Source: a virus. From it: a DNA stretch of 64,000 nt. The first letter of the stretch is position 1. Each line of letters opens with the position of its first letter. The position numbers and the translations under genes were made by a program. The stretch is taken from positions 1-64,000 of IMG/VR virus record IMGVR_UViG_3300031972_002122; one strand, 5' to 3'. Shown piece by piece: positions 38,219-48,312 of the stretch. The notes beneath the pieces are model-generated. The model searched no databases, was not told the DNA's origin, and was given only the letters and a program-made list of their open reading frames with translations.

Positions 38219-40054
38219 ATGGCAAAGAATGTATTTTTATCTCCGGGTGTATTTACCAGAGAATTCGATCTAAGCTTTATGCAAGACCCAATCGCACCAG
38301 TGGGTGCTGCAGTTATTGGGCCAGCGGTTCGTGGACCGGCTCTTGTACCTACCCCAATCTCTACATACTCAGAGTATATTCGTTGGTTTGGAGATACATT
38401 TACATCGGGGTCTGGACAACTTGAGCAAGAGTATAAATACTTGACATCGTATGCGGTACAGGAATATTTAAGATACGGTGAGGTAATTACTGTAGTTAGA
38501 ATTTTGGCAGGTGCTTACACCCCAGCATATTCGAATGTAATTAATTCATCATCATACCAATTAGAACTTGCAGGATCAGGCGCGTATGCAGCTAGTAATA
38601 TGTCGTTCAAGTTGGAAGCACTTACAGATGGTGACATCACAAATAGTGGTCAAAACTTAGCATCTATTTCTGGATCAGGATTTGACGCGGATAATGGAAC
38701 TGACGGTTTATTAGTTTCTGGATCGAAGTATAATATTCGGTGGGAAATTTCTGGAGTTGATGAGGCTAGAGGTACGTTTGATTTATTGATTAGACGTGGT
38801 GATGACTATAATTCTAGAAAGATCGTTCTAGAACAGTATTCTCAGCTTTCGTTAGACCCTAGCACGGCTAATTATGTTACACGTGTTATTGGTGATCAAC
38901 AATGGACACTAAGATACGATTCTGGTGGAGAACCATATCTTCAGAAATCTGGATCATATCCTAATAGATCGAGATTTATACGTGTTAAGGATGTACAAAA
39001 TACGTTAAATTATATAGATAACTCTGGACAAGTTAGAGATAGTTCATTGACTGGTTCATTACCATCTATAGTATCTGGAACATTCGGATATGGTAACGAA
39101 GGTAATGTGGCGCATCCACGTGCTATGTATCATGCTATATGGAACAACAATACACAAGGATTCAATCCAGCATCTGCTTCTGCGGGTAAAACTGCATACG
39201 AAGATGCGATCGACATCCTAGCAAATAAAGATCAATTTGACATCAACTTGTTGATGACTCCGGGTCTAGTCGAAGGTGGAGCAGATCATGCTAAAATAAT
39301 CACACGTGCAATTAATATGTGTGAAGATCGTGGTGATATTTTCTACATCATCGATCCGACTACATTTGGATCGACAGTAGGTCAAGCACAGTTAGCGGCT
39401 GAAGGTCGTAACACTAACTATGCGGGTATGTATTACCCATGGGTACAGATTCCTGATCCAGACTTAGGTCGTTCAGTATGGATACCACCATCTGCTATCG
39501 TACCGGGCGTGTTCTCATTCAATGACCTTGTAAGACATCCATGGTTTGCACCAGCGGGTCTTAACAGAGGTGGGTTAGATATCGCAGTACAAACTGAAAG
39601 ATTGATGACTCAGAATGATCGAGATAATTTGTACATTAAATCTGTGAATCCAATCGCAACTTTCCCACGTACTGGTGTAGTTGTTTGGGGTCAGAAAACA
39701 TTACAGAAGAAAAGATCAGCACTTGATAGAATCAACGTTAGAAGACTTCTTATCGATGCGAAGAGATTCGTAGCACAAACAGTTAAGTGGTTAGTATTTG
39801 AGCAGAATACGGTTGAGACACGTGCTAGATTTATAGAGTTAGTTGAACCTTATTTTAGAAGAGTCAAAAACCAGCAAGGGCTTTATGACTATCGAATTGT
39901 GATTGACGAGCGTAACAACACTCCAGATGTGATCGATAGAAATGAAATGCGTGCGAACATTTACTTAAAGCCAGCTAAGACTGCAGAATTCATTATAGTT
40001 GATTTCGTAGTTCTTCCAACTGGTGCATTGTTCCCACTTGACTCACAGGAATAA
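38219..40054 (+). CDS. Contractile tail sheath protein (gp18-like)
   Basis: SPGVFTRE.D, YYPWV, PWFAPAG..RG, WGQKTL, RINVRRL, FEQN, P.KTAEFI. Confidence 0.97.
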   Translation: MAKNVFLSPGVFTREFDLSFMQDPIAPVGAAVIGPAVRGPALVPTPISTYSEYIRWFGDTFTSGSGQLEQEYKYLTSYAVQEYLRYGEVITVVRILAGAYTPAYSNVINSSSYQLELAGSGAYAASNMSFKLEALTDGDITNSGQNLASISGSGFDADNGTDGLLVSGSKYNIRWEISGVDEARGTFDLLIRRGDDYNSRKIVLEQYSQLSLDPSTANYVTRVIGDQQWTLRYDSGGEPYLQKSGSYPNRSRFIRVKDVQNTLNYIDNSGQVRDSSLTGSLPSIVSGTFGYGNEGNVAHPRAMYHAIWNNNTQGFNPASASAGKTAYEDAIDILANKDQFDINLLMTPGLVEGGADHAKIITRAINMCEDRGDIFYIIDPTTFGSTVGQAQLAAEGRNTNYAGMYYPWVQIPDPDLGRSVWIPPSAIVPGVFSFNDLVRHPWFAPAGLNRGGLDIAVQTERLMTQNDRDNLYIKSVNPIATFPRTGVVVWGQKTLQKKRSALDRINVRRLLIDAKRFVAQTVKWLVFEQNTVETRARFIELVEPYFRRVKNQQGLYDYRIVIDERNNTPDVIDRNEMRANIYLKPAKTAEFIIVDFVVLPTGALFPLDSQE

Positions 40055-40096
40055 AATTTGATTTAACTGATATTTATTAGAAAAGAGGAATATTAA

Positions 40097-40576
40097 ATGC
40101 CAAGAATAGTAGTACCTGATGCGCACCATCCGAGTTTGCAGTTTCGTTACCAAGTAACTACATCGAAGTTACCGAGTGCGCAACTTTATGCAAGATCGGC
40201 TCAACAGCCATCATTCGACAACGCTCCAGTGAGTGTAGAGCATATTAATTACTACTTCAAAGTGAAGGGTAAGACTCGGTGGAATGACATCACACTATCT
40301 TGCTATCAGTTTGAAGGAATAACAGCAAAAGAACTTTGGGATTATCTTAACGGTAGTCACCAAGAAGTTGAGGGTGCAGTTGACATGTACGCTCCATCAT
40401 ACAAGCATGATATGCAGCTAATGATATTAGCCCCAGACGGATCAACTCCAGTAGGGACATGGAAACTAGTAGGCGCATTCATTGCTAACGCATCGTGGGG
40501 TGACATGGATTGGGGAACTGATGACGTTATCCAATGTGATATTACCATATCATATGACTACGCAACTTTCAGCTAA
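40097..40576 (+). CDS. Tail tube protein (gp19-like), copy 1
   Basis: Follows sheath; KGKTRWNDITL, W.L.GAF....WGD.DW, ITISYDYA. Confidence 0.9.
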   Translation: MPRIVVPDAHHPSLQFRYQVTTSKLPSAQLYARSAQQPSFDNAPVSVEHINYYFKVKGKTRWNDITLSCYQFEGITAKELWDYLNGSHQEVEGAVDMYAPSYKHDMQLMILAPDGSTPVGTWKLVGAFIANASWGDMDWGTDDVIQCDITISYDYATFS

Positions 40577-40608
40577 TAAGTTAATTAATTAAACGAGGAA
40601 TTTTAAAA

Positions 40609-40836
40609 ATGAATGAAACTACTAAATCACTAATTAGACACATATTAACCGCAGTTGGTACTGTGTTGGTATTGGTTGGTGTAAACGGGGCAGTCCCAAT
40701 CGTAGACTTTTTACAAGAAAATCTTGACAGTATGTGGGAAGCAATCGTAGCGATTGTAGGTTTTGTAACTACATTGATTGGATTTTTTACAGATAAAGGT
40801 AAGCGGTTCGAGGTTAGAGCTGCCGAGAAATCGTAA
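40609..40836 (+). CDS. Small two-TM membrane protein (holin-like)
   Basis: SLIRHILTAVG.VLV..G and a second hydrophobic helix; charged C-terminus. Confidence 0.55.
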   Translation: MNETTKSLIRHILTAVGTVLVLVGVNGAVPIVDFLQENLDSMWEAIVAIVGFVTTLIGFFTDKGKRFEVRAAEKS

Positions 40837-40860
40837 ACTGAAAAGTTCGGAATGGATATA

Positions 40861-40891
40861 AAGGCATTTGCTACGGCAGATGCCTTTTTTT
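40861..40891 (+). terminator. Intrinsic terminator with C(UACG)G tetraloop
   Basis: AAGGCATTTGC-TACG-GCAGATGCCTT then a T run. Confidence 0.9.
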
Positions 40892-40927
40892 GTTGTATGG
40901 CTATTTATTATAAATGAAGAGTATCAA

Positions 40928-41404
40928 ATGCCTAGATTAGCACAACCTGATGTATTTCACCCTAGATTGCAATTCCGTTATACGTGGTTTACGTCCCACT
41001 TACCGGGCATCTCGATATACGCAAGGTCAGCTCAACAACCATCGTTTGATAATAATCCAGTTACGGTGGATTTTATGAGTAGTTATTACAAACTAAAAGG
41101 TAAGACTCGGTGGAATGACATCACACTGACATGTTACCAGTTTGAAGGGATTACTGGTCGGGAGTTATATCAGTATTTGAATAATGATCATTTTAATGTT
41201 AGCGATGCCGTAGAAAACTTTGCAGATGAATATAAACATAAGATGCAATTGTTTTTACTTAACCCATTGGGAGTTCCGACTGGGATATGGACGTTGGAGG
41301 GAGCATTTATTGCGAATGCGTCATGGGGTAGTATGGATTATGGGTCGGACGAAGTTATGGAATGTGAAATAACTATTTCATACGATTATGCGGAGTTTTT
41401 ATAA
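40928..41404 (+). CDS. Tail tube protein (gp19-like), copy 2
   Basis: Close paralogue of copy 1 (ARSAQQPSFDN, KGKTRWNDITL.CYQFEGIT); ATG at 40928. Confidence 0.88.
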   Translation: MPRLAQPDVFHPRLQFRYTWFTSHLPGISIYARSAQQPSFDNNPVTVDFMSSYYKLKGKTRWNDITLTCYQFEGITGRELYQYLNNDHFNVSDAVENFADEYKHKMQLFLLNPLGVPTGIWTLEGAFIANASWGSMDYGSDEVMECEITISYDYAEFL

Positions 41405-41415
41405 AAGGAAAAATA

Positions 41416-41907
41416 ATGGCAAGATTATCACCATCTAGTTATAAACCAATTTTACAATATCACTTCAGTGTGAATTTTACGAAATACCCACTTCAGTTGC
41501 CGTTGCAAAATACTGCAAATTATGCGCGGGGTACCGATTTACCGTCAGCGGATAATAATCCAGTATTGGTTGAGTATGGTAATACCTACATGTATGTGAA
41601 GGGTAAGACTCGATGGAATGCTATTACTATGCAATTTTATTCATTATCAGACCCAGATACGAATAAGCAGATGTGGGATTATTTAGGAGTCCATCAAGAT
41701 TCTGACACGGGAGCTGATAGTTTCAAGGCAGATTATGCTGGTGATGTTGCTATAACCCTATTAAATCCAGACGAAACACCTGTAGGGACATGGACACTAG
41801 TCAATGCGTTCATTTCGAATATTAACTGGGGTAATGTTGATTGGGCATCTGAAGATGTAATTCAGCCTGAGATTACATTTGTGTATGATCATGCGGTCTG
41901 GTCTTGA
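41416..41907 (+). CDS. Tail tube protein (gp19-like), copy 3
   Basis: KGKTRWNAIT, PVGTWTLVNAFI..INWG.VDW, ITFVYDHA. Confidence 0.85.
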   Translation: MARLSPSSYKPILQYHFSVNFTKYPLQLPLQNTANYARGTDLPSADNNPVLVEYGNTYMYVKGKTRWNAITMQFYSLSDPDTNKQMWDYLGVHQDSDTGADSFKADYAGDVAITLLNPDETPVGTWTLVNAFISNINWGNVDWASEDVIQPEITFVYDHAVWS

Positions 41908-41949
41908 TATAAATTATTTTACATACTTATACAAAAGAGGTAATTAGTT

Positions 41950-42873
41950 ATGACAAACGTTGTTAATCCAATCCCTAACGGGGATGCAAATGAGCGTGCG
42001 ACCGCTGAACAGTCGGTAGCAAATGCTCAGGCTGAAATTCAAAAAAGAATGGACGCGTTGAAATCTGGTGAAGCTACTCCAGAAGAATTTAAGGAAATAC
42101 ATAAGCAGGAAATTGTTGAGGGTAACAAAAAATCAAAATACCCGACACTTATCGTAGACTTGCCTAGTAAGGGATTGTTATACCCCGAAAACGATCCACT
42201 GTCGGCGGGTACCGTGGAGATGAAATATATGACCGCTAAGGAAGAAGATATTTTGACCACTGAATCTTATATTAAGAAAGGTGTGGTTTTGGATAAATTA
42301 TTTCAATCATTAATTATTTCAAAAATCAATTACGATAATATGCTGATCGGTGACCGAGACGCTGTCATGATAGCAGCTAGAATCTACGGGTATGGTGAGG
42401 AGTATACGACCAAAGTCACAAGTCCGTCTGGAAATACGATGACGGTACCTATCGATCTTAACGAGGTTCCACATAAAGAAATAGACGAATCCATGTATGT
42501 GGGGCGGGAGAATAAATTCTTCTATACAACTATGGACGGGACTGAGATTGAATTTAAACTATTGACCAACGGAGACCAGAAAGAAATTCAAGCTAATTTG
42601 AAGAAAGTTAGACGGGGTGACTCACGGGATACGCAACTTACTTCTAGATTGTACCAAATGATACAAGCCATTGGTGGGAACAGAGATCGTAAGTTTATTA
42701 AGACGTGGGTCGAAAATGACTTTAGAGCAATTGATAGTCGGAAGTTTCGAGAGTATGTGAATGAGATACAACCGGGCATCGACATGTCCATCGAAATTAT
42801 CGATGAGGACACGGGGGAGCCCTTTCGTACTAACATTGCCATCGGACTCGACTTTTTTTGGACTAACATTTGA
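41950..42873 (+). CDS. Baseplate hub / tail assembly chaperone (gp26-like)
   Basis: VDLPSKG..YP, MTAKEEDIL, GDR.A..IAARI..YG..Y; ends GLDFFW. Confidence 0.8.
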   Translation: MTNVVNPIPNGDANERATAEQSVANAQAEIQKRMDALKSGEATPEEFKEIHKQEIVEGNKKSKYPTLIVDLPSKGLLYPENDPLSAGTVEMKYMTAKEEDILTTESYIKKGVVLDKLFQSLIISKINYDNMLIGDRDAVMIAARIYGYGEEYTTKVTSPSGNTMTVPIDLNEVPHKEIDESMYVGRENKFFYTTMDGTEIEFKLLTNGDQKEIQANLKKVRRGDSRDTQLTSRLYQMIQAIGGNRDRKFIKTWVENDFRAIDSRKFREYVNEIQPGIDMSIEIIDEDTGEPFRTNIAIGLDFFWTNI

Positions 42874-43063
42874 GTATAACCAACGAGTCTACGACCAGAT
42901 ATTTGACATAGCATTTTACGGTCAGGGTGGAATGACGTACGATGAGGTATTTAATATGCCAGTTAATTTACGGTCGTATTACTACGCTAAACTTGCGGAT
43001 ATAATGGAGTCTAGGCGTAAAGATGCAGAGCAAGCGAAAAACAATGCGGGACGCAAACGATGA
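42854..43063 (+). CDS. gp51-like chaperone extension, probably reached by a +1 frameshift from the gp26-like gene
   Basis: T7 run at 42853-42859; +1 frame reads FFGL...MTYDEVFNMPVNLRSYY; lies upstream of the tape measure gene. Confidence 0.65.
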   Translation, partial: FFGLTFEYNQRVYDQIFDIAFYGQGGMTYDEVFNMPVNLRSYYYAKLADIMESRRKDAEQAKNNAGRKR

Positions 43064-43078
43064 TGTTTGTCGTCCCGT
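43046..43078 (+). terminator. Strong hairpin over the gp51-like stop codon (terminator or processing site)
   Basis: GCGGGACGCAAAC-GATGAT-GTTTG(T)CGTCCCGT, followed by an AT tract and the next promoter motif. Confidence 0.5.
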
Positions 43079-43104
43079 TAATATTTATTATAAAGGACAT
43101 TACA

Positions 43105-43368
43105 ATGGCTGATAAAATTAAAGTATATACCGAGGGTGTTTTCTCGTCAATTCTTAAGATGATTGGTGGTGGGAAGTTTCGAAAGGAAATGAGAAAGATA
43201 GAGAAGATGGCTAAAGACGATCCAGAGTTACAGGCATCGATAGAATCCGTTGCCAATCAAAATAAAGAACTACAACGTAGAATAAAGAATTTCTGCAAGC
43301 GAAATCCTCACCACGATATCTGTACAGGGAAGGGTGGGAAGTCTAAATTGATAGATGTGGAATATTAA
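43105..43368 (+). CDS. Small hypothetical protein
   Basis: ATG at 43105 after ATATTTATT and AAGG. Confidence 0.6.
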   Translation: MADKIKVYTEGVFSSILKMIGGGKFRKEMRKIEKMAKDDPELQASIESVANQNKELQRRIKNFCKRNPHHDICTGKGGKSKLIDVEY

Positions 43369-43383
43369 ATAGGAGTATAAATT

Positions 43384-46300
43384 TTGGCACTCGACCCGAA
43401 AACTGTAGCAGAACTTAATAGAATTATCAAGATACTTGCCTCAACTGGTAGTGAGGTTGGTAATAAGTCTCGTGAACTAGTCACGTTGATGTACGCAATC
43501 CAACAGGGATTTGTTGACGTCGGCGACAAGATGGATCAGGTATTATCTGATGTTGCTAGTGGTAAGTTTGAGAAAAAGAACTTCACGGCGTATGTTAAGA
43601 CGTTGGGTGTCACGAAAAAACAGTTAGTAGCTATCAGAAACATCCACGCAGAGGTTGGGAAGTTGACTGATGACCAGATTATAAAAGCTCGGGACTATGG
43701 TAGAATTCTCGATGATATAAACTCTAGCGATCGTGAGCGATATGATCTAACCACACTTACGTTAAGTGCGTTCGACAACATGAATTCCCAATTGAAGCAA
43801 CAACGTAAACTGGTCGATTCGATTGGTATCTCGTTCGGGGACAACGCTGGCTTGATTAATAAACAAATAAAGAAACATAAAGAACTGAGTAATGTGTTTC
43901 AGAACGAATTCCTACCAACTAAAGAGATTGAAGATCATTTATCAACTATAAATGACGTTGTTGATAATATTACTGGTAATAAATTTACACTAGAGGGGAT
44001 CGGGACTGTATCACCAGACGAAGCAATTAACGTTTTAGGTACTATATCTGATGAGCAACTTAGATTACTTCAAGTTGAGGCAGATGTTCGTAAGAAAAAA
44101 TTAAAAGAGTTTGCTGCTTATGCTTCGGGAAAAACTATTGATATTAAAACTGGTGAGATTTTCGGAAAAGATAAATTTAAAGCACTAAGTGGTGCTGCGT
44201 TGGCGAGTACTGACAAGATGCTCGAAAAGATGACAGCTAACTATGAGTCGATCGTTGAGCAAGCAATTGAACATGGTAGCCTGACAGAAGAGTTATTGGA
44301 TGGGTTGACGGATATTGAGAAAGAAGCTGTTAAGCACTTATACGTCATAACCGACGCCAATCAGATATATGAGAAGCAGTTAGAATTAACGAAAGAGAAT
44401 GCCAAGCATTTACTGAAATTCAGACCAGCACTAAGTGCTGCCGAGGATGCTTCGCGTGGGTTTGCTAACAGTTTAAAGGGTGCACTGGATGTTATTCCAA
44501 AGGGATTGCAAAAAATATTAGGTATAGAAAATGCTGTAGCTGACGTGGAAGCGTCTGGTAAAAAGGCTATTGGAGTATTCAAATCGAAGTTGATAGAAAC
44601 TGGTAGTGCTTCAGAAGCTGTCGGTGCGTCGATTAAAGCTTGGGGTAGAGGTATTAGTAGCTCCGTTGGATTCCTAGGTGGATTCGTAATACTATTAGGT
44701 GGATTATTTAAGTTAACTTCATCCATAGAGGGAAAATACAAAGATTTAGCACATCATCTTCACATATCTACAGGACAGGCTAAAGAGCTATATGCGGCTA
44801 ATTTGAAATTGGTAGCATCACAGAAGAACCAATTCTTGACGCTAAAGGACATATCAGACGTTCAGGCGGCTTATGTGCATGCGACTGGGCAAGTATTCGA
44901 TTTAACAGAGAAGGGCGGTCAGAAGCTCGCTATGAGCCTCGGTGAAATGGGTAAAGCGTTTGGGTATGGTGCCGAAACTGCCGTGGAAATATATGAAGTG
45001 TTCTCACAACTAGGTGCTGATAAGAAATTAGCGAATAAATTGCAGGCAGAATTGGGATTCATGAGTGAGATGGCAGGGCTATCTCCAAATATTATAGCAC
45101 ATGATCTTATAGAGTCTGCCGATATTGTAGCTACCTATTTTGGCGGAATGCCAGAAGCTGCTGGTAGAGCGGCTATCGAGGTACGTCGAATGGGTATGAA
45201 CCTGAAAACGGCTGGTGAGATATCTAGGAAGATGACACATGGGATGGAAGGGTTCATGACTGATATGTTTGAACTCGCAGCTATGGGTGGCCCAGACCTC
45301 TCCGCGGCGTTCGAACTCGGAGTCCGTGGCGATATCGAAGGGATGACAAAAGCTATTATGGAAAGTATCGGATCGTTAAGTGAATTTAACGATATGGACT
45401 TTTTACAAAAAGAAAAAATAGCAGCAACATTGGGAATGACTTCAGCCGAACTTGGTAAATCACTCATGTTGCGTGAAAAAATGGCTGGTATGAGTAAGAC
45501 TGAGCAGGATATTGTAAACTCTAATTTAGCATCGTTCGGTAATATAGCTGATATGGATCAGCAAGCAATTCGAGATAGAATAGCACAAGTTGAATCAACT
45601 CAGCGGCTGACAGTTGCGTGGGACAAAATTAAGGCGGTGTTTATTAAAGCTTTACTCCCAGCGGTTGAATCATTCGCTGATATGTTGACTGGAGCAGCAC
45701 CCGCAATCAATGCTATAATATGGGGGTTAGGTATTGTAGCCAAATTGGTGAAGGGTATATCGTGGTTTGTGGGTGGTATGTTAACTCCATTTAAAACAAT
45801 ATCTGGTATAGTTGACGGAACAACCGAAGGGTTGGAAGGCGTATTAAAAACATTAGGATCGATATTTATAGCATGGAAACTTTTAATAAAGCCTGCCTTC
45901 AAGTTCGTTAGACTTCTTAGAAATGGGAAAGGTATAATTAAATCAATGGGTGCATTCACGAAACCACTAGGTAGTATATTTTCTAAGATAATACCTAAAG
46001 GTTTCATGAAATCACTGGGCGGTATAAAATCCAAAGTTGGTGAATTATTATCAATGTCGGGTGGTAAGGGTGGCGGTGTGTCTGGGACTGTAACTGAGAC
46101 ATTGGCTGGGACTGTAACTGAGAAAGTCAAGGGTGGTAAGGCGAGTGGTATGGTTCCCGAGGTAGATTTACCCAAAGCTACTAGGGGGGCGGATAAAGTT
46201 AAATCTGGAATGGGTGACAACTTACGTAATTTCTTCAGTGGGTTGGGTGATGGATTAAAATCTATGAGTGGCACTAAAGTATTATCTGGCGCACTCAATC

Positions 46301-47460
46301 TAATCCCAGCATCGATTGGACTTGTGACAATGATACCCGGTGTCGTTGGTGCCAAACTAATATCAATGATAGATGGGGGTAGGTTAGAAAGTGGTCTCGC
46401 TGGAATGGCTAAGGGTTTGAGTGTGATGGGTAAAGGTAAAGTATTAGTTGGAAGTTTAGCACTGATAGCTGCCAGTGTCGGGTTTATAGCAATGATTCCT
46501 GCATCGATTGGTATGGCATTGTTGGGTGCTACAGCTCCATTAGCTGCCGCTGGGTTGGCTGTATTGGGACCGGCAATTGCAACATTCGGTGGGATTATGA
46601 TGTCTGGGGCTGGTGCCGTTGGATTGATAGCATTTGTTGCTGCTGCTATAGGATTGGGATATGCATTAAAATTAGCAGCTCCAGCGATCGCAGCATTTAT
46701 TCCAATAGTGGAGACATTTGGTACCATCATTCGCGCTGCATTTGATGGTCTAGGTACGGTTATAACTTCGATTGCAACTGGATTTGCAACTATGATGAAA
46801 GCTGTTACTATGGAACGTGTGGTAGCTATGACTGCGATGGGGCCAGCACTTATGAGTGCTGCCGCTGGTATTTTAGCAATTTCTGCGGCTATGGCTGGTG
46901 GATCGATAGCATCATTTTTCGGTGGTCGAGTATTAGATGATTTGGAATCATTGGCATCTATCGCAAATCCATTAGGTATAGCATCTAAAGCAATCGCATT
47001 ATTAGGTGAATCAATTAGACATTTAACTGAGGCATTAGCTGCAGCAGACTTCACTAAGCTGAGTGAATTCGAAAAACTTAAGGGAATAGCTGAGAATGTT
47101 GGTATTGGATTCAAAATGCGTGGTGGGGATGCTGGTGTAATACAACCCCCATCGTCAGAGTCTACAGCACAAAACGTGGCGGTGGCAGAACCACCAGCAC
47201 CAGAAACTACCGCACAGAATGTAGTTATTAAAGAGGTACCAGTATCGACAACTCAAGAATCGAGCACTACACTCGATCCAATACAACAAGCTGTTTCTGG
47301 GTTTGGGAGTGGTGGTAGTACTAAAAAGATTGAGTTGTTACTTGGTCAATTGATAAATGAGATGCGTGGGTTGAATCAACGACCGATTGTTGTTGATTTT
47401 GGTGATGGGACGTTGAAGACCTTAAACCAGAAGATGAAAGGAATGAATAATAATAGGTAA
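43384..47460 (+). CDS. Tail tape measure protein
   Basis: 1358 aa, helical, A/G-rich with hydrophobic segments; follows the chaperone pair; TTG start with AGGAG. Confidence 0.88.
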   Translation: MALDPKTVAELNRIIKILASTGSEVGNKSRELVTLMYAIQQGFVDVGDKMDQVLSDVASGKFEKKNFTAYVKTLGVTKKQLVAIRNIHAEVGKLTDDQIIKARDYGRILDDINSSDRERYDLTTLTLSAFDNMNSQLKQQRKLVDSIGISFGDNAGLINKQIKKHKELSNVFQNEFLPTKEIEDHLSTINDVVDNITGNKFTLEGIGTVSPDEAINVLGTISDEQLRLLQVEADVRKKKLKEFAAYASGKTIDIKTGEIFGKDKFKALSGAALASTDKMLEKMTANYESIVEQAIEHGSLTEELLDGLTDIEKEAVKHLYVITDANQIYEKQLELTKENAKHLLKFRPALSAAEDASRGFANSLKGALDVIPKGLQKILGIENAVADVEASGKKAIGVFKSKLIETGSASEAVGASIKAWGRGISSSVGFLGGFVILLGGLFKLTSSIEGKYKDLAHHLHISTGQAKELYAANLKLVASQKNQFLTLKDISDVQAAYVHATGQVFDLTEKGGQKLAMSLGEMGKAFGYGAETAVEIYEVFSQLGADKKLANKLQAELGFMSEMAGLSPNIIAHDLIESADIVATYFGGMPEAAGRAAIEVRRMGMNLKTAGEISRKMTHGMEGFMTDMFELAAMGGPDLSAAFELGVRGDIEGMTKAIMESIGSLSEFNDMDFLQKEKIAATLGMTSAELGKSLMLREKMAGMSKTEQDIVNSNLASFGNIADMDQQAIRDRIAQVESTQRLTVAWDKIKAVFIKALLPAVESFADMLTGAAPAINAIIWGLGIVAKLVKGISWFVGGMLTPFKTISGIVDGTTEGLEGVLKTLGSIFIAWKLLIKPAFKFVRLLRNGKGIIKSMGAFTKPLGSIFSKIIPKGFMKSLGGIKSKVGELLSMSGGKGGGVSGTVTETLAGTVTEKVKGGKASGMVPEVDLPKATRGADKVKSGMGDNLRNFFSGLGDGLKSMSGTKVLSGALNLIPASIGLVTMIPGVVGAKLISMIDGGRLESGLAGMAKGLSVMGKGKVLVGSLALIAASVGFIAMIPASIGMALLGATAPLAAAGLAVLGPAIATFGGIMMSGAGAVGLIAFVAAAIGLGYALKLAAPAIAAFIPIVETFGTIIRAAFDGLGTVITSIATGFATMMKAVTMERVVAMTAMGPALMSAAAGILAISAAMAGGSIASFFGGRVLDDLESLASIANPLGIASKAIALLGESIRHLTEALAAADFTKLSEFEKLKGIAENVGIGFKMRGGDAGVIQPPSSESTAQNVAVAEPPAPETTAQNVVIKEVPVSTTQESSTTLDPIQQAVSGFGSGGSTKKIELLLGQLINEMRGLNQRPIVVDFGDGTLKTLNQKMKGMNNNR

Positions 47461-47465
47461 TTTTT

Positions 47466-47996
47466 ATGCCAAGACCTAGAGGTGGATTAGGATCGGAATT
47501 GTTTTACTTTAGACCAGCGTTGCCCGGGAAGGGGCTTCAGCCTAAGATATCATTTGATGCTCATATCACTGGTTTGACGGACTCTAGTAGCCCGGGGTGG
47601 GGTGAAAGTTATGACATGGGTCGACCCGATCCAGTCATGACATATGGTAATATGTCTAGAAATATTAATATATCGTTCATAGTAACTTCAGTTTCTAAAG
47701 AAGAGCAGACAATAAATTACTTGAAACTTAGAAACTTAGCTAATTTAACTTACCCAATATATGAGCAGGGTAAGGGGTATAACGCTCCACATGTGTATTA
47801 CGGTGTTGGGTTTCACTTGAAAGGGTATGGTATTCTCACGTCAATTGATTTTACGTGGGACGGTCAACAGCCGTGGACTGGAACTCCGCCTAGACCATTA
47901 TTTACGGACGTTACATTAAATATTCGTGTACTTGGTGATGATGCTGGGCAGCGACCAGAGTATCTTAATGGTGATTATAATTATTTTGGGGATTAA
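47466..47996 (+). CDS. Baseplate tube-initiator-like protein
   Basis: F.AHIT.LTD...P.W....MGR.DP...Y....R.I.ISF; follows the tape measure gene. Confidence 0.65.
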   Translation: MPRPRGGLGSELFYFRPALPGKGLQPKISFDAHITGLTDSSSPGWGESYDMGRPDPVMTYGNMSRNINISFIVTSVSKEEQTINYLKLRNLANLTYPIYEQGKGYNAPHVYYGVGFHLKGYGILTSIDFTWDGQQPWTGTPPRPLFTDVTLNIRVLGDDAGQRPEYLNGDYNYFGD

Positions 47997-47998
47997 TA

Positions 47999-48307
47999 AT
48001 GCAGAGATACGAGAAATATGCAAACATAATAAAAACCGAGACGCAGCGAAAGCGTAGATACAGTACTATGTACTACCCATCTATTGAACGAAAGACTTCG
48101 GATATATACATAATTACTAGAAATAACGATCGGCTAGATTTACTTGCTAATAATTATTATGGTGATCCTAGATTGTGGGTTATTTTGGCGAAAGCTAACA
48201 AATTACATGCTGGGACGCTTAGGATACCAGCGGGTAGTCGACTGCGAATACCATACCCGTTAGATCGTGGTGATGTATTCAAACAATTTACAGATAAACA
48301 ATTTTAA
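47999..48307 (+). CDS. LysM-like baseplate wedge protein (gp53/tail X-like)
   Basis: DRLDLLANNYYGDPRLWVILAKAN...G.RLRIP. Confidence 0.85.
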   Translation: MQRYEKYANIIKTETQRKRRYSTMYYPSIERKTSDIYIITRNNDRLDLLANNYYGDPRLWVILAKANKLHAGTLRIPAGSRLRIPYPLDRGDVFKQFTDKQF

Positions 48308-48312
48308 AAGTT

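Noticed and set aside
46082-46123. 18-bp direct repeat CTGGGACTGTAACTGAGA in the tape measure gene
   Set aside because: A simple in-frame 24-nt-period duplication (GTVTE twice) in a low-complexity linker
45600-47114. 504-aa minus-strand ORF
   Set aside because: It lies wholly antisense to the A/G-rich part of the tape measure gene; its composition is the mirror of that codon bias and it has no recognisable motifs
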